From Coprothermobacterota bacterium (lineage in GTDB: Bacteria; Coprothermobacterota; Coprothermobacteria; Coprothermobacterales; Coprothermobacteraceae): a stretch of DNA of 64,000 nucleotides. Numbering within the stretch: position 1 is the first letter of the stretch; every line of letters begins with the position of its first letter. This document shows positions 1 to 10,219 of this stretch, piece by piece. A model generated the notes under the pieces. It had not been told where the DNA came from, made no database searches, and saw only the letters and a list, made by a program, of their open reading frames with translations. The DNA lies in the NCBI GenBank assembly GCA_036679065.1, contig JAZIGN010000003.1, positions 609,853 through 673,852 on the forward strand, given 5' to 3'. The position numbers and the translations under genes were made by a program.

Positions 1-432
1 TGACATAACGCCTGGCCCAATAACGCCTCCCACGAATTCGCGATGTGGCGTAACTAAGTTTATGACACTGGCAGTGCCGAAGTCTATGGTAATGAAAGGA
101 GTTTTTAGTCCCAAGTAGAAAGCACCTTCAATGTCAGCTAAACGATCCTCACCTACTTCAGCTTTCCTGCTTATGTCGAAGGTTATGTCGAAATTTTCAG
201 CTTCCTTTAAAGGTAGTCCTGGAGCTTTTTTTGAAAGTAATTCTGTCCATTTTGCTCCCACAGCAGGCACCACAGAACTAATCACCCATGCATCCATGGG
301 TTGACTAATTAAGTCTGAGTCAAATTGCCCTGTGGGGAATTCCACTACGTTTGATAGCCTTTCGCCATCGCTAAAGGCAAGTTTTGTTCTTGTGTTACCA
401 ATATCAACTAGTACTACTGTATCGTTTCCCAT
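1..432 (-). CDS. coaX: Type III pantothenate kinase (3' part runs off the window edge)
   Basis: Not in the ORF track. Manual translation from ATG at 432 gives MGNDTVVLVDIGNTRTKLAF...ISSVVP...VGEDRLADIEGA...ITIDFGTATA...FVGGVIGPG, with the DIGNT, SSVVP, GxDR and DFGTA motifs of CoaX. Confidence 0.9.
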   Translation of the reverse strand, partial: MGNDTVVLVDIGNTRTKLAFSDGERLSNVVEFPTGQFDSDLISQPMDAWVISSVVPAVGAKWTELLSKKAPGLPLKEAENFDITFDISRKAEVGEDRLADIEGAFYLGLKTPFITIDFGTASVINLVTPHREFVGGVIGPGVMS

Positions 433-1256
433 TGTTTTAGAAGCTCGGCTAGCTGTGCAGCTTTTTCCGGGTTTGAAAAGCTAATAGTTACAGAATAGCC
501 ATTCTTGCTCTTGGACACTCTCACCGGTATCGTCTTTACTTGGGCAAAAGCTTGTTTAAGCTTTTTTACATTGGGGTCCATATTCTTCTTGGAAACACTA
601 CTATCTTTCTGGGAGGCTCTGCAAAGCTGTTCCAGTTCTCTGACCGACAATTTCTTCTGAGCTACTACTCTTGCTAGCTTAACAATCTGCTCTTCACTTT
701 TCAAGCTAAGTAAAACTTTTGCATGTCCTACTGTGATGTCGCCTTTTTGTAGAAGGGTTTGCACTTCTTGTGGTAAATCTAACAGTCTTAGCAGGTTTGT
801 GAAATTTGACCTGCTCATACCAAGAACCTCCGCTAGTTCTTCTTGAGTCATACCAGTACTCTCGATTATTTGCTTACAAGCCCGTGCTACCTCAATTGCG
901 TTGAGATCTTTCCTTTGAAGGTTTTCAACTAAAGCCATGACCATGGCCTGCTCGTCACTGACGTTCTTTACTATTACCGGCACCTTTTCTAAACCAGCTT
1001 TTATGGCTGCTCTCCAGCGCCTTTCTCCGGCGATGAGTTCATACTTGTCTCCAGAACCTCGCACCAGTATGGGCTGCAGAACGCCAGTTTTCCTTAGAGA
1101 TTCTGCCAGATCGTCAATATCATCATCGTCAAGCGCCGAGCGGGGTTGGAAGGGCGAAGTTGTTATCAAGCCCGGATCCAGCTGGAGGATTTCTTCACCT
1201 AGCAAATTGTCTCCGAGAAGTGCATTCAACCCCTTACCGAGTTTGTTTTTGGACAC
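414..1256 (-). CDS. parB: ParB/Spo0J chromosome partitioning protein
   Basis: LGKGLNALL N-terminus, GVLQPILVR, IAGERRWRA, ENLQRKDL and an HTH; directly downstream of parA. Confidence 0.95.
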   Translation of the reverse strand: MSKNKLGKGLNALLGDNLLGEEILQLDPGLITTSPFQPRSALDDDDIDDLAESLRKTGVLQPILVRGSGDKYELIAGERRWRAAIKAGLEKVPVIVKNVSDEQAMVMALVENLQRKDLNAIEVARACKQIIESTGMTQEELAEVLGMSRSNFTNLLRLLDLPQEVQTLLQKGDITVGHAKVLLSLKSEEQIVKLARVVAQKKLSVRELEQLCRASQKDSSVSKKNMDPNVKKLKQAFAQVKTIPVRVSKSKNGYSVTISFSNPEKAAQLAELLKQWETIQ

Positions 1257-2001
1257 GCTCCTCTATCTCCTCCACTAAATCATTATATGCTTTCGCTGCC
1301 GGGGAACGCTTATCGTACTCCATAATGCTTTGGCCGTAACTTGGAGCTTCGGCTACTCGAGTGCTTCTCGGTATAACTGTTTTGAAAACTTTTTCCCTAA
1401 AATATGCTCGGAGTTCCGCTTCCACTTCCTGACTTAGTCTTGTTCTTCTGTCATACATGGTTAGCAGGAATCCTAAAACGTCCAAGTTTGTATTAAGGTA
1501 CTTCTTCACAAGGTTAACTGTCTTTAGCAACTGTCCCACACCCTCCAAAGCGAAAAACTCACACTGAATGGGCACGAGCACCCAGTCAGATGAAACCAGT
1601 GCGTTCACGGTAAGTAGTCCCAGAGAAGGTGGGGTATCTATTATTATCATGTCAAATTCTTCTTTCAAAGGTTCCAGTGCCGCTTTTAGTCTGGTTTCTC
1701 TGCTCAAAACGTTTACTAGCTCCACTTCCGCGCCTGCCAAATCCAAGTTTGCCGGAATCAAATAAAGATTGTTTCTTACCATGATAGCTGCTTCTCTAGC
1801 GGAAGCGTCATTAATAAGTACATCGTAGGTGGTAGCCTTAAGCTCGTTCTTTGTCACGCCCAATCCCGTAGTAGCGTTTCCTTGAGCGTCTATATCTACC
1901 AACAGCACTTTTCTGTCTTGAGAGTAGACGAAGGCCAAGTTCAATGCAGTCGTAGTTTTTCCCACTCCACCTTTTTGGTTTGCTACTGATATGATCATCA
2001 T
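1234..2001 (-). CDS. parA: ParA/Soj ATPase
   Basis: Deviant Walker A NQKGGVGKTTT, DIDAQGNAT, DTPPSLG, AEAPSYG. Confidence 0.95.
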   Translation of the reverse strand: MMIISVANQKGGVGKTTTALNLAFVYSQDRKVLLVDIDAQGNATTGLGVTKNELKATTYDVLINDASAREAAIMVRNNLYLIPANLDLAGAEVELVNVLSRETRLKAALEPLKEEFDMIIIDTPPSLGLLTVNALVSSDWVLVPIQCEFFALEGVGQLLKTVNLVKKYLNTNLDVLGFLLTMYDRRTRLSQEVEAELRAYFREKVFKTVIPRSTRVAEAPSYGQSIMEYDKRSPAAKAYNDLVEEIEERVQKQTR

Positions 2002-2681
2002 GCGCCGAACCTTCTTTGCCTCCTCTGGAATTCTTCAAGTACGTAATCTACATCGCTCTTTTCCATGTCGGGCCAGTATTTGTTTAGAAAAATGAGTTCA
2101 GCGTACGCTGATTGCCAAAGGAGGAAATTTGATATTCGTTGTTCCCCACTAGTACGTACTATGACGTCAACAGGATTTGATTCTGGGTTATATAGATGAT
2201 GGTCGATGTCCTCTTCGCCGATCTCACGCAGATCTTCTTTTTGCTGCAAAATGGAGTTTACCGCTTGAACAATTTCCAATTTACCTCCATAATTAATGGC
2301 TAAATTTACTAACAGTCCGGTGTTGTTCTCTGTTCTTTCTTCAAGTCTTTGTAAGGCTCTTTGGACGTTTTGGGGCAGCCCATTTTTCTCGCCAATGTGG
2401 CGTACTCTTATATTCTTCCTTGCCCATGGCTCCAGAATGGACTCTACCATTCTTGCTCCTAGGTTCATCAAGTAACTAACTTCTTCTTGAGTTCTTTTCC
2501 AATTCTCCGTGCTAAAAAGGTAGTAGGTTACTTGCTTAACGTCGGTATTTAACAAACAGTCAGTTACGAGGAGCACCTTATTAAAGCCAACTTCATGACC
2601 TTGCAACGTGGGCAAGCCCTTTTCTCTCGCCCAGCGTCTATTGCCGTCTACTATGAATCCGATGTGATTTGGAACTGACAT
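1998..2681 (-). CDS. uppS: Isoprenyl (undecaprenyl diphosphate) synthase
   Basis: HIGFIVDGNRRWA, FSTENWKR, RTSGEQRISNFLLWQSAYAEL. Confidence 0.93.
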   Translation of the reverse strand: MSVPNHIGFIVDGNRRWAREKGLPTLQGHEVGFNKVLLVTDCLLNTDVKQVTYYLFSTENWKRTQEEVSYLMNLGARMVESILEPWARKNIRVRHIGEKNGLPQNVQRALQRLEERTENNTGLLVNLAINYGGKLEIVQAVNSILQQKEDLREIGEEDIDHHLYNPESNPVDVIVRTSGEQRISNFLLWQSAYAELIFLNKYWPDMEKSDVDYVLEEFQRRQRRFGA

Positions 2682-2690
2682 AGTTCTATT

Positions 2691-3938
2691 CTATAGCCTC
2701 CTTTTTGATCGTTGCGCACTTTCGAACATGATAAGCGATACAAGCGCCAAAACCGAAGAGAATGCAAGCAGCAAATTACTCATATTGAAGGCCAGTACTG
2801 GCTGTTTTTCCCACGTTAACAAATCAAGAACGACGCCGTAGAAGAGTTGTCCAAAGGCTGCTCCCAAGAAGCCCCCACCGTTTACTAAAGCCATACCAAT
2901 GCCAGAGAACCTGCTTCCGGCTATCTCTTTACCCCAATTCCATACAGGCATGTAACCAGCAGAGGTGAAACCTGTTAAGAAAAACCATATCGGATAACAC
3001 CAGAAAGGCCATCTGCTAGCTGTAAGTAAGACAAACATTAGTATCATGTTTGTTCCTAAAAAGACCTTTGCAAACTTGAATTCACCCATCTTTGCAGTCA
3101 AAGTACCAGACAGAAGAGCGGCAACCATGAAACCAACGGCTATGAGCATGACAGAGTAACTTGCAGTAATCTTGCTTGTATGAGCTAAGTTTTGAACCAA
3201 GGGAACACCCCAGGCTGCTTGCAGCGTCATTATGGGAGCTAAAGAAAAGAAGTAAATAAGAGTGGGAAACCAAATCTGGCGGCTGCTCAGCACTGTTTTT
3301 AAGCCATTCATTGTTTCCTTCCATGTAAGCTGGGTTTCTTCTCTTAAATCCTCGAAACCTGCCAAAGATGGTTTGTCCTCGACAAGAAAGAATGCTGCTA
3401 TTCCTATGAGTGCTGTTATTACGCCCACAGCATAGAACGAATTCCTCCAACCAATATTGGCGACAAGTACTGCCAGGGGAGCCGAAGAAACTAACGCTCC
3501 CAAGTTACCTATGAAAGTAGTAATCCCTGTGAGTGCTACGAATTCCACAGGAAGAAACCATGAGCTGTTCAATTTCAAAACAGCTATGTAGACGGGTGAC
3601 ACTCCCAGGGCAGAAATAAACCGTCCCAAAAGCAAAACCGAAAAGCTCCGTGCAGAAGCAAAAATCCAAGATCCCACGGAAGCTAAAACCATTGCTAAGG
3701 AAATAGACTTTCTTGGTCCCCAGTAGTCAATGAGGACGCCAGCGGGAACTTGCATTAGTGCATATGTGTAAAAATACAAGGAGGTTAGAAGGGAAAACTG
3801 AGAGGCACTTAAGCCAAAAGTAGACTGCAAATCAGACTGAACCACATTTAGTGATGTCCGAACGAAAAACACGAAGAAATAAGCCGCTAATCCAGCAAAA
3901 ACAGTCATGTTGCGTGTCCTCTTGAACGAGTGGGCCAT
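2691..3938 (-). CDS. MFS transporter
   Basis: About 12 hydrophobic segments; motif A-like GVLIDYWGPRK; LGRF motif. Confidence 0.88.
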   Translation of the reverse strand: MAHSFKRTRNMTVFAGLAAYFFVFFVRTSLNVVQSDLQSTFGLSASQFSLLTSLYFYTYALMQVPAGVLIDYWGPRKSISLAMVLASVGSWIFASARSFSVLLLGRFISALGVSPVYIAVLKLNSSWFLPVEFVALTGITTFIGNLGALVSSAPLAVLVANIGWRNSFYAVGVITALIGIAAFFLVEDKPSLAGFEDLREETQLTWKETMNGLKTVLSSRQIWFPTLIYFFSLAPIMTLQAAWGVPLVQNLAHTSKITASYSVMLIAVGFMVAALLSGTLTAKMGEFKFAKVFLGTNMILMFVLLTASRWPFWCYPIWFFLTGFTSAGYMPVWNWGKEIAGSRFSGIGMALVNGGGFLGAAFGQLFYGVVLDLLTWEKQPVLAFNMSNLLLAFSSVLALVSLIMFESAQRSKRRL

Positions 3939-4036
3939 ATCAATAACATATTATCATCACCTGATAGCCTGCTCATGCCTGCACAGACTGAAATTGTCAA
4001 TTGCAAACGGTTTTAAGAACTGTTTAAGTGGCATTG

Positions 4037-4065
4037 TTGACTTCATGGCGGCGCTACTATATAAT
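4037..4065 (+). promoter_or_regulatory. sigma70-type promoter of the marR-ABC operon
   Basis: TTGACT (4037-4042), 17 bp spacer, TATAAT (4060-4065). Confidence 0.8.
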
Positions 4066-4076
4066 TTTTGAGCGTA

Positions 4077-4107
4077 AGTTAGCATCCTAATGATTAGCTT
4101 GCTAACT
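4077..4107. promoter_or_regulatory. Putative tandem MarR operator
   Basis: Two TTAG-N4-CTAA palindromes (4079-4090, 4094-4105) nested in an AGTTAGCA...TGCTAACT inverted repeat, just downstream of the -10 box. Confidence 0.65.
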
Positions 4108-4143
4108 AATATTATGGTTATTAATTGAAAAGGAGGTTGAAAA

Positions 4144-4668
4144 GTGTTTGAAGGTAATGATCTGACGTCGCAACCGTGCGATGATGTGCTCTGCGCGAAC
4201 AAAACCTCCATGCAGGTTTTCAGGGCGCTGTTCAAACTGATCAGAGTTCATGGCCAGCTGGTTTTTAGAATGACTGCTCAGAAAGGTTTTTACCCTGGCC
4301 AAGCGGTCGCTTTAGCAGCTATTGCACGTAAACCAGGAATAAGTCAGCGGGAGTTGGCTAACTTCATGCATGTGGCTCCTCCCACTGTGGCTAATATGTT
4401 AAAGAGTCTTGAAAGAGCAGGTTTCGTCGAAAGGAAGGTTGATTCACAAGATCAGCGCTTTGTACGTATCCAGCTAAGCGAAAAAGGGTTAAATGCTGCC
4501 AAAAGTATTGATGAGATTTTCTCTGCAATCTGCGATGTGAGTTTGGATGGACTGGATGAGGAAAAAAAGCAGGTTTTGGTAGATTTACTCACTAAGATAG
4601 CTGAGAATATGTTACGGCACATGGAAAATCTAGGAGGTGCAAACGAATATGATAAAACTGCTCAGTAA
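4144..4668 (+). CDS. MarR family transcriptional regulator
   Basis: wHTH signature ISQRELANFMHVAPPTVANMLKSLERAGFVER..DQR; AGGAGG RBS. Confidence 0.9.
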   Translation: MFEGNDLTSQPCDDVLCANKTSMQVFRALFKLIRVHGQLVFRMTAQKGFYPGQAVALAAIARKPGISQRELANFMHVAPPTVANMLKSLERAGFVERKVDSQDQRFVRIQLSEKGLNAAKSIDEIFSAICDVSLDGLDEEKKQVLVDLLTKIAENMLRHMENLGGANEYDKTAQ

Positions 4669-6388
4669 TTACTTGAAACCGTATTGGAAGTTCGTTTTGG
4701 TGGTCGTCTTGCTACTTACTTTTCAAGCGGTCATGAACCTTTATTTACCAAACTTGAATGCCGACATAATCAACAACGGTGTGGTAAAAGGTGATGTGGA
4801 TTACATTTGGAAAACAGGTGGGTTAATGCTGGCAGTTACTTGTTTGGTCATTATTGCTTCCATCATTTCTACCTATTTTGCATCAAAAACCGCTATGGGG
4901 TTCGGCCGCGACCTAAGAAATGCCGTCTTTGAAAAGGTGCTCAGTTTTTCACAAGCTGAACTAGATAAATTCGGTGTACCCACGCTCATAACGCGGAATA
5001 CTAATGACGTACACCAAATGCAGATGATGGTTCAAATTGGTCTTACCATGATTGTGACTGCACCCATCATGGCTGTGGGAAGCATAATAATGGCTCTTCG
5101 TCAAGACGTGGTGCTTTCTTATTCCATACTTATAATTGTTCCGCTCATGGGAGCTGTGGTAGGCATAATGCTAACCATCGCCACACCTCTTTTTAGGTCA
5201 GTTCAGCAAAAAATAGACCGTGTTAACCAAGTACTACGCGAAAAGCTCATGGGTGTACGAGTCATACGGGCCTTTGTTAAAGATGACTATGAAGCCAGGC
5301 GTTTCGATGAAGCTAATAAGGATCTTATGCAAACCACCTTAAAGGTAAACCGTTTAATGGCTTTTGGTATCCCATCTTTAATGGCCATCATGAACTTGGC
5401 CATGGTTGCCATTGTTTGGTTTGGTAGCATGCGAATCGACAGCGGAGCCATGCCCATTGGTAACTTGACAGCTTTCCTCACATACATTATGCAAATCATG
5501 ATTTCGGTGATGATTGCCATGGGGATGTTTATCATGGTTCCTCGGGCAGAGGCCTCTGCTGAGAGGATCTTATCTGTGCTTGAAACCGAACCTTCAATTG
5601 AGTCCGGTCCTGACGGAAAGATAACCCAAATTTCAGTGCCCAAAGGATTATTAGAATTTCGGAACGTGGAATTCCGGTACCCAGGCGCAGAAAGACCTGT
5701 GCTAAGGGACATAAGCTTTACAGCTGAACCTGGCCAGTTTACAGCCATTGTGGGGAGTACGGGATCCGGAAAAAGTACGCTGGTTAACTTAATTCCGCGT
5801 TTCTACGACGTCACAGCGGGTCAAATCTTGTTGGATGGTGTTGACATACGCGAGATGCCTGTGGAAAAGTTGCGGGCAAAGGTATCTCTAGTTCCACAAA
5901 AGGCTTTTCTGTTTAGGGGCACTGTGGAAGAAAACCTCAGGTGGGGGAATGATGACGCTACTATTGAGGAGCTTTGGCATGCTCTGGAAATAGCGCAAGC
6001 CAAAGAATTTGTGGTGAACATGCCTGGTCAACTTCAGGCTTTTATTGACCAAGCCGGAGCCAACGTTTCTGGCGGCCAGCGTCAAAGGCTCTCCATTGCT
6101 AGAGCCCTGGTCAAGAAAGCGGAGGTTTATGTGTTCGACGATTGTTTCTCCGCTCTGGACTTTAAAACCGAGTCACTGGTGCGGTCATCTCTTCGAGAAG
6201 AGCTCAAAGATGCCACAGTCATTATTGTTGCACAAAGGGTTAGCAGTATCATGGATGCTGACAAGATTGTTGTCCTAAACGATGACGGTACCATAGCCGG
6301 TGTTGGAACTCATGATGAGCTGTTAAAGACTTGCAGGGTGTATGAGGAGATTGTTTATTCACAGCTTTCAAAGGAGGAAATAGCATGA
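4649..6388 (+). CDS. Heterodimeric multidrug ABC exporter, subunit 1 (TM287/LmrC-like, degenerate site)
   Basis: TMD plus NBD; GSTGSGKS, VSGGQRQR, Walker B FDD and Q at the H-switch; ATG at 4649 after AGGAGG. Confidence 0.9.
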   Translation: MIKLLSNYLKPYWKFVLVVVLLLTFQAVMNLYLPNLNADIINNGVVKGDVDYIWKTGGLMLAVTCLVIIASIISTYFASKTAMGFGRDLRNAVFEKVLSFSQAELDKFGVPTLITRNTNDVHQMQMMVQIGLTMIVTAPIMAVGSIIMALRQDVVLSYSILIIVPLMGAVVGIMLTIATPLFRSVQQKIDRVNQVLREKLMGVRVIRAFVKDDYEARRFDEANKDLMQTTLKVNRLMAFGIPSLMAIMNLAMVAIVWFGSMRIDSGAMPIGNLTAFLTYIMQIMISVMIAMGMFIMVPRAEASAERILSVLETEPSIESGPDGKITQISVPKGLLEFRNVEFRYPGAERPVLRDISFTAEPGQFTAIVGSTGSGKSTLVNLIPRFYDVTAGQILLDGVDIREMPVEKLRAKVSLVPQKAFLFRGTVEENLRWGNDDATIEELWHALEIAQAKEFVVNMPGQLQAFIDQAGANVSGGQRQRLSIARALVKKAEVYVFDDCFSALDFKTESLVRSSLREELKDATVIIVAQRVSSIMDADKIVVLNDDGTIAGVGTHDELLKTCRVYEEIVYSQLSKEEIA

Positions 6389-8349
6389 GTGACGAAAAGC
6401 GTCCTACAACTGGGCAAATGCCGCGCGGCATGGGTCCAGGCGGCAGGCGTGGCGTCGTACCCGGAGATAAACCTAAGGACTTCTCAGGCACACTCAGGCG
6501 CTTGCTGGTTTACTTTAAGCCCGAAATGCTTGGTCTGATTTTTGTAATTATCCTGACCATAACCAGCGTGGTTTTCACCGTATATGCTCCCAGAATACTG
6601 GGTAATGCCACAAACGAGCTGTTCAAAGGAATTATAAGCAAGCAGCTTCCCGCTAATGTATCCAAAGAGCAAGTGTTGGCCATGCTTAAGGCTAGTGGTC
6701 AGGAGCAGTTCGCTGAAATGATATCCAAAATGGATTTGCTTCCCGGTGCAGGTGTGGATTTCGCAGCCATTGGAAAGATTTTGCTGACTTTGGCTGCCAT
6801 TTACCTTCTGGCAGCATTCTTCCAATGGCTTCAGCAGTACATCATGGCTGGTGTATCCCAGCGTACGGTTTACCGGCTGCGACGCGATGTTGACCAAAAA
6901 CTACAGAGACTTCCACTTAAGTACTATGATGGTCATCCTCATGGAGATATTTTGAGCAGAGTTACAAACGACGTGGACAACATTGCTCACACACTTCAGC
7001 AAACGATAACCCAGATGCTGAGTTCCATCGTTACCGTCATAGGAGTACTCATAATGATGTTCAAGATTAGTACGTTGCTCTCTTGGATATCCTTGGCTGT
7101 CATACCTGTGTCGCTGGTGATCACACTTCTAATTGCAAAGCAATCTCAAAAACAGTTTGTCAGGCAATGGAACAGCACAGGTGCAGTTAACGCTCACGTG
7201 GAGGAAATGTTTACCGGACATAACCTGGTAAGAGCTTTTAACCGGGAGGAGGACGCACTTCAACAATTCCGTGAACAGAATGAAAAACTCTACGAGGCAA
7301 GTTTTAAGGCGCAGTTCATATCAGGGTTGATTCACCCAGTGATTAACTTCGTCAACAATCTCAACTATGTAGCCATTGCCGTACTGGGCGGGGTGAATGT
7401 GGCTAATGGTGTGATTTCCCTAGGTGATGTGCAGGCATTCATACAGTATTCCCGACAGTTTACTCAGCCCATAGTGCAAGTTGCTAGTATCATGAATGTG
7501 CTTCAATCCACGGTGGCTTCAGCTGAAAGGGTCTTCGAATTATTGGATGAGGAGGAAGAGGTACCCGATGTGGAAAACCCGGTGGTTTTAGAAAACGTAA
7601 AGGGCCATGTTCGTTTCGAGCATGTGTACTTTAGTTACAATCCCAATGTTCCATTAATTGAAGACTTCAACTTAGATGTTCAGGCAGGGGACATGATAGC
7701 CATTGTAGGGCCTACTGGAGCCGGTAAGACCACGTTGGTGAACCTTCTAATGAGATTCTATGACGTTAACAGTGGCAGAATCACTATCGATGGCGTGGAC
7801 ATAAGGCAGATGCGACGCCGCGATTTACGTAGGATCTTTGGCATGGTACTTCAAGATACCTGGTTGTTTAGTGGGACTATAAGGGATAACATTGCATATG
7901 GTAAGGAGAATGCTACCGAAGAAGAAATAATCGCCGCAGCGAAAGCAGCGTACGTGGATCACTTTGTAAGAACGTTAGCTGATGGTTATGACACGGTTCT
8001 CACGGGTGATGCTACGAATATTTCCCAGGGTCAGAGGCAGCTAATAACCATTGCAAGAGCTTTCTTGGCTGATCCCAAGATTCTCATTTTGGACGAAGCT
8101 ACCAGCTCTGTGGACACCAGGACTGAAATGCTCATTCAAAAAGCCATGGCGAACTTGATGAAAGGACGGACCAGTTTCGTAATTGCCCACAGGTTGTCTA
8201 CGATCAGAGATGCTGATAACATTGTGGTCATGGATCATGGCAGAATAGTGGAACAAGGTAATCACAAAGAACTCATGGAGAAGAAAGGGTTCTATTATAA
8301 CCTCTACATGAGCCAATTCATGGGCGCTTTGGTAGATGAAGCCATATAA
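6385..8349 (+). CDS. Heterodimeric multidrug ABC exporter, subunit 2 (TM288/LmrD-like)
   Basis: GPTGAGKT, ISQGQRQL, LDEATS, AHRLST; ATGA overlap with subunit 1. Confidence 0.9.
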   Translation: MSDEKRPTTGQMPRGMGPGGRRGVVPGDKPKDFSGTLRRLLVYFKPEMLGLIFVIILTITSVVFTVYAPRILGNATNELFKGIISKQLPANVSKEQVLAMLKASGQEQFAEMISKMDLLPGAGVDFAAIGKILLTLAAIYLLAAFFQWLQQYIMAGVSQRTVYRLRRDVDQKLQRLPLKYYDGHPHGDILSRVTNDVDNIAHTLQQTITQMLSSIVTVIGVLIMMFKISTLLSWISLAVIPVSLVITLLIAKQSQKQFVRQWNSTGAVNAHVEEMFTGHNLVRAFNREEDALQQFREQNEKLYEASFKAQFISGLIHPVINFVNNLNYVAIAVLGGVNVANGVISLGDVQAFIQYSRQFTQPIVQVASIMNVLQSTVASAERVFELLDEEEEVPDVENPVVLENVKGHVRFEHVYFSYNPNVPLIEDFNLDVQAGDMIAIVGPTGAGKTTLVNLLMRFYDVNSGRITIDGVDIRQMRRRDLRRIFGMVLQDTWLFSGTIRDNIAYGKENATEEEIIAAAKAAYVDHFVRTLADGYDTVLTGDATNISQGQRQLITIARAFLADPKILILDEATSSVDTRTEMLIQKAMANLMKGRTSFVIAHRLSTIRDADNIVVMDHGRIVEQGNHKELMEKKGFYYNLYMSQFMGALVDEAI

Positions 8350-8374
8350 GTGGTGCTGTACCAGTATTAGCAAT

Positions 8375-8410
8375 AAAAAAAGAGCCGGCAAACAAAGCCG
8401 GCTCCTTTTT
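8375..8410. terminator. Bidirectional intrinsic terminator
   Basis: A-tract, GAGCCGGC-loop-GCCGGCTC, T-tract, between convergent genes. Confidence 0.85.
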
Positions 8411-8449
8411 GTTTGTTGTTAGTTGATTTCTCGGTGTGAGCAGCGCTTA

Positions 8450-9652
8450 TTACAGAGTCTCAAACCATTCCATTAGCGTTTTCCATTTACGAGCATCTTC
8501 CATCATGACCATAAGATCCGTCATCGCATTGGTATAGCTTTCACTGCTAGTGATCGTCTCTATATCGTTCATGTATCTCAAAGCTAAGTCATGGGATATG
8601 GAAGAAACAGGAGTATTTTCAGAGGTTTTCGCTAGGGATTCTATGTCGGAACGAACCTTTTCAACAAACGCAGTCAAGTCACGCTCATTCAGGGTAACCA
8701 TTACGGTTGCATTGTTTTGGTCCGTATAAGAAAGATCAGTGAATACGCTCATGTCTCCCAATTCCTTTGATAGTTCAGCATCAGCATCGAACTTTGCTGC
8801 TACTAATATCCTTTGGAGCGTTGAAATATTCCCACCACTATGTAAGTTTGTAGAAACAAATTGCCTCTCAGCCTTAAAGAGCCAAGGAATGTTTATTGCC
8901 TTTGAGGGGTCGCCAATAATCTCATTTTGCATGGAGGTTTGCAGTTCCGTGGTGTTTGCTGAGGGTGGATAAGTGTCAGTGAGTGATGCAATGGTTTGAC
9001 TTGCTGTTTGGGCCATTTTTTCCAATGCGTCACCTGGTTTTGCCATGCCCTGGAGTACTTCTTCGTAAATGTCAACAACTTGGTTGTATGCTTTTATGAC
9101 GGCCACAGCGCTTGCGGCAGTCTGAATATCAGTGGAAGCAGTGGCTGTGCTTAGGAACTGCAACACATCTGAAGGATAGGGGATTTGCATCGCATAGTAA
9201 AGATTACTCAAACGTTCTTGAGCCACCAAATAAGCCATTAACGTGTTTTTGTCGGCTGATTGAGGCTCTTTTAGTGTCTTTAGTGTCATGCTGGCTAGTT
9301 CTTTTTGCAAGCTGGTTTTGTCGGCCGAAGGCGTTATCATGGCGCTGTAAAAATAAAGGTGGCCATTCAATATGTCATCCACGGTTAAACTTGCCGTGAG
9401 TTCTTCCAGAGAGGACGTCGATGTGCCTTCAGAGAGTACGTCTCTAACCTGTAAAACCACCGATCTGTCAGGATCAGTAACAGCATTAGTGGGTATCGTT
9501 GCTGTTAGATTCCCGCTTAATGAGCTTAGGATCTTTTCTTGATCTTGGGCAGTGACAACTTTCTTACTCTGGTGCAAAATAATGCCCACGGTTAACGTTA
9601 AGGCAATTGCAACCAACAAAACCACAACGATGATTGTTCTTCTTGACTTCAT
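8450..9652 (-). CDS. Hypothetical membrane-anchored/exported protein
   Basis: 400-aa ORF, basic N-terminus plus hydrophobic anchor, GGAGG RBS; no recognisable motif. Confidence 0.7.
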   Translation of the reverse strand: MKSRRTIIVVVLLVAIALTLTVGIILHQSKKVVTAQDQEKILSSLSGNLTATIPTNAVTDPDRSVVLQVRDVLSEGTSTSSLEELTASLTVDDILNGHLYFYSAMITPSADKTSLQKELASMTLKTLKEPQSADKNTLMAYLVAQERLSNLYYAMQIPYPSDVLQFLSTATASTDIQTAASAVAVIKAYNQVVDIYEEVLQGMAKPGDALEKMAQTASQTIASLTDTYPPSANTTELQTSMQNEIIGDPSKAINIPWLFKAERQFVSTNLHSGGNISTLQRILVAAKFDADAELSKELGDMSVFTDLSYTDQNNATVMVTLNERDLTAFVEKVRSDIESLAKTSENTPVSSISHDLALRYMNDIETITSSESYTNAMTDLMVMMEDARKWKTLMEWFETL

Positions 9653-9664
9653 AATTACCTCCTT

Positions 9665-10219
9665 CTACAAACCCAGTTCTTCGGATATTTCTTGCATTGC
9701 CTGTAGTACCAGATTCACGAATTCCTCCAAGCTGAGCCCAAAATCCTCGCATGTGGCTATCTGTTCTCGATTCGCCCCAGCGGCGAAGCGTTTTTCCTTA
9801 AACCTCTTGAGCACTCTTTCCGGCGTAACGCTTGATAGTTTCTTGTCTGGCATTACCAAGGCGACAGCTGTAATCAGCCCAGTTAGTGGATCCACGGCTC
9901 TCAAAACTTTGCCCATCAAACTATCGGGTGCAATACCATGCGCCTCGTTATGTGTCAAAATGGCTTTTGCCGCTTCTTCTGGTAAACCCAGGCTTTTTAC
10001 CATTTCATACCCAACTCTGCTGTGTTCAAGAGGATCTTCGTTTGTGATCTCCGTGTCAATGTCATGAAGTAAGCCTGTGAGTCCCCACAAATTCGCATCT
10101 TCATTGAAATACTCAGCCAGCTTTTTCATGGCAGCTTCTGTGGCTAACATGTGTCTGATCATGTTTTCGTTCTTGATGTGTTTTCTTACCTCCACAAGTG
10201 CTTCTTCTCTGCTGATCAA
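9665..10219 (-). CDS. HDIG-domain metal-dependent phosphohydrolase
   Basis: RHMLATE...GLLHDID...EHS...THN...AVDPLTGLI. Likely TTG start at 10219 overlapping the moaE stop, with GGAGG upstream. Confidence 0.85.
   Translation of the reverse strand: MISREEALVEVRKHIKNENMIRHMLATEAAMKKLAEYFNEDANLWGLTGLLHDIDTEITNEDPLEHSRVGYEMVKSLGLPEEAAKAILTHNEAHGIAPDSLMGKVLRAVDPLTGLITAVALVMPDKKLSSVTPERVLKRFKEKRFAAGANREQIATCEDFGLSLEEFVNLVLQAMQEISEELGL

Noticed and set aside
1..4140. parS site or oriC near parAB
   Set aside because: No TGTTTCACGTGAAACA-like palindrome or DnaA-box cluster found by eye; the neighbours are not origin genes.
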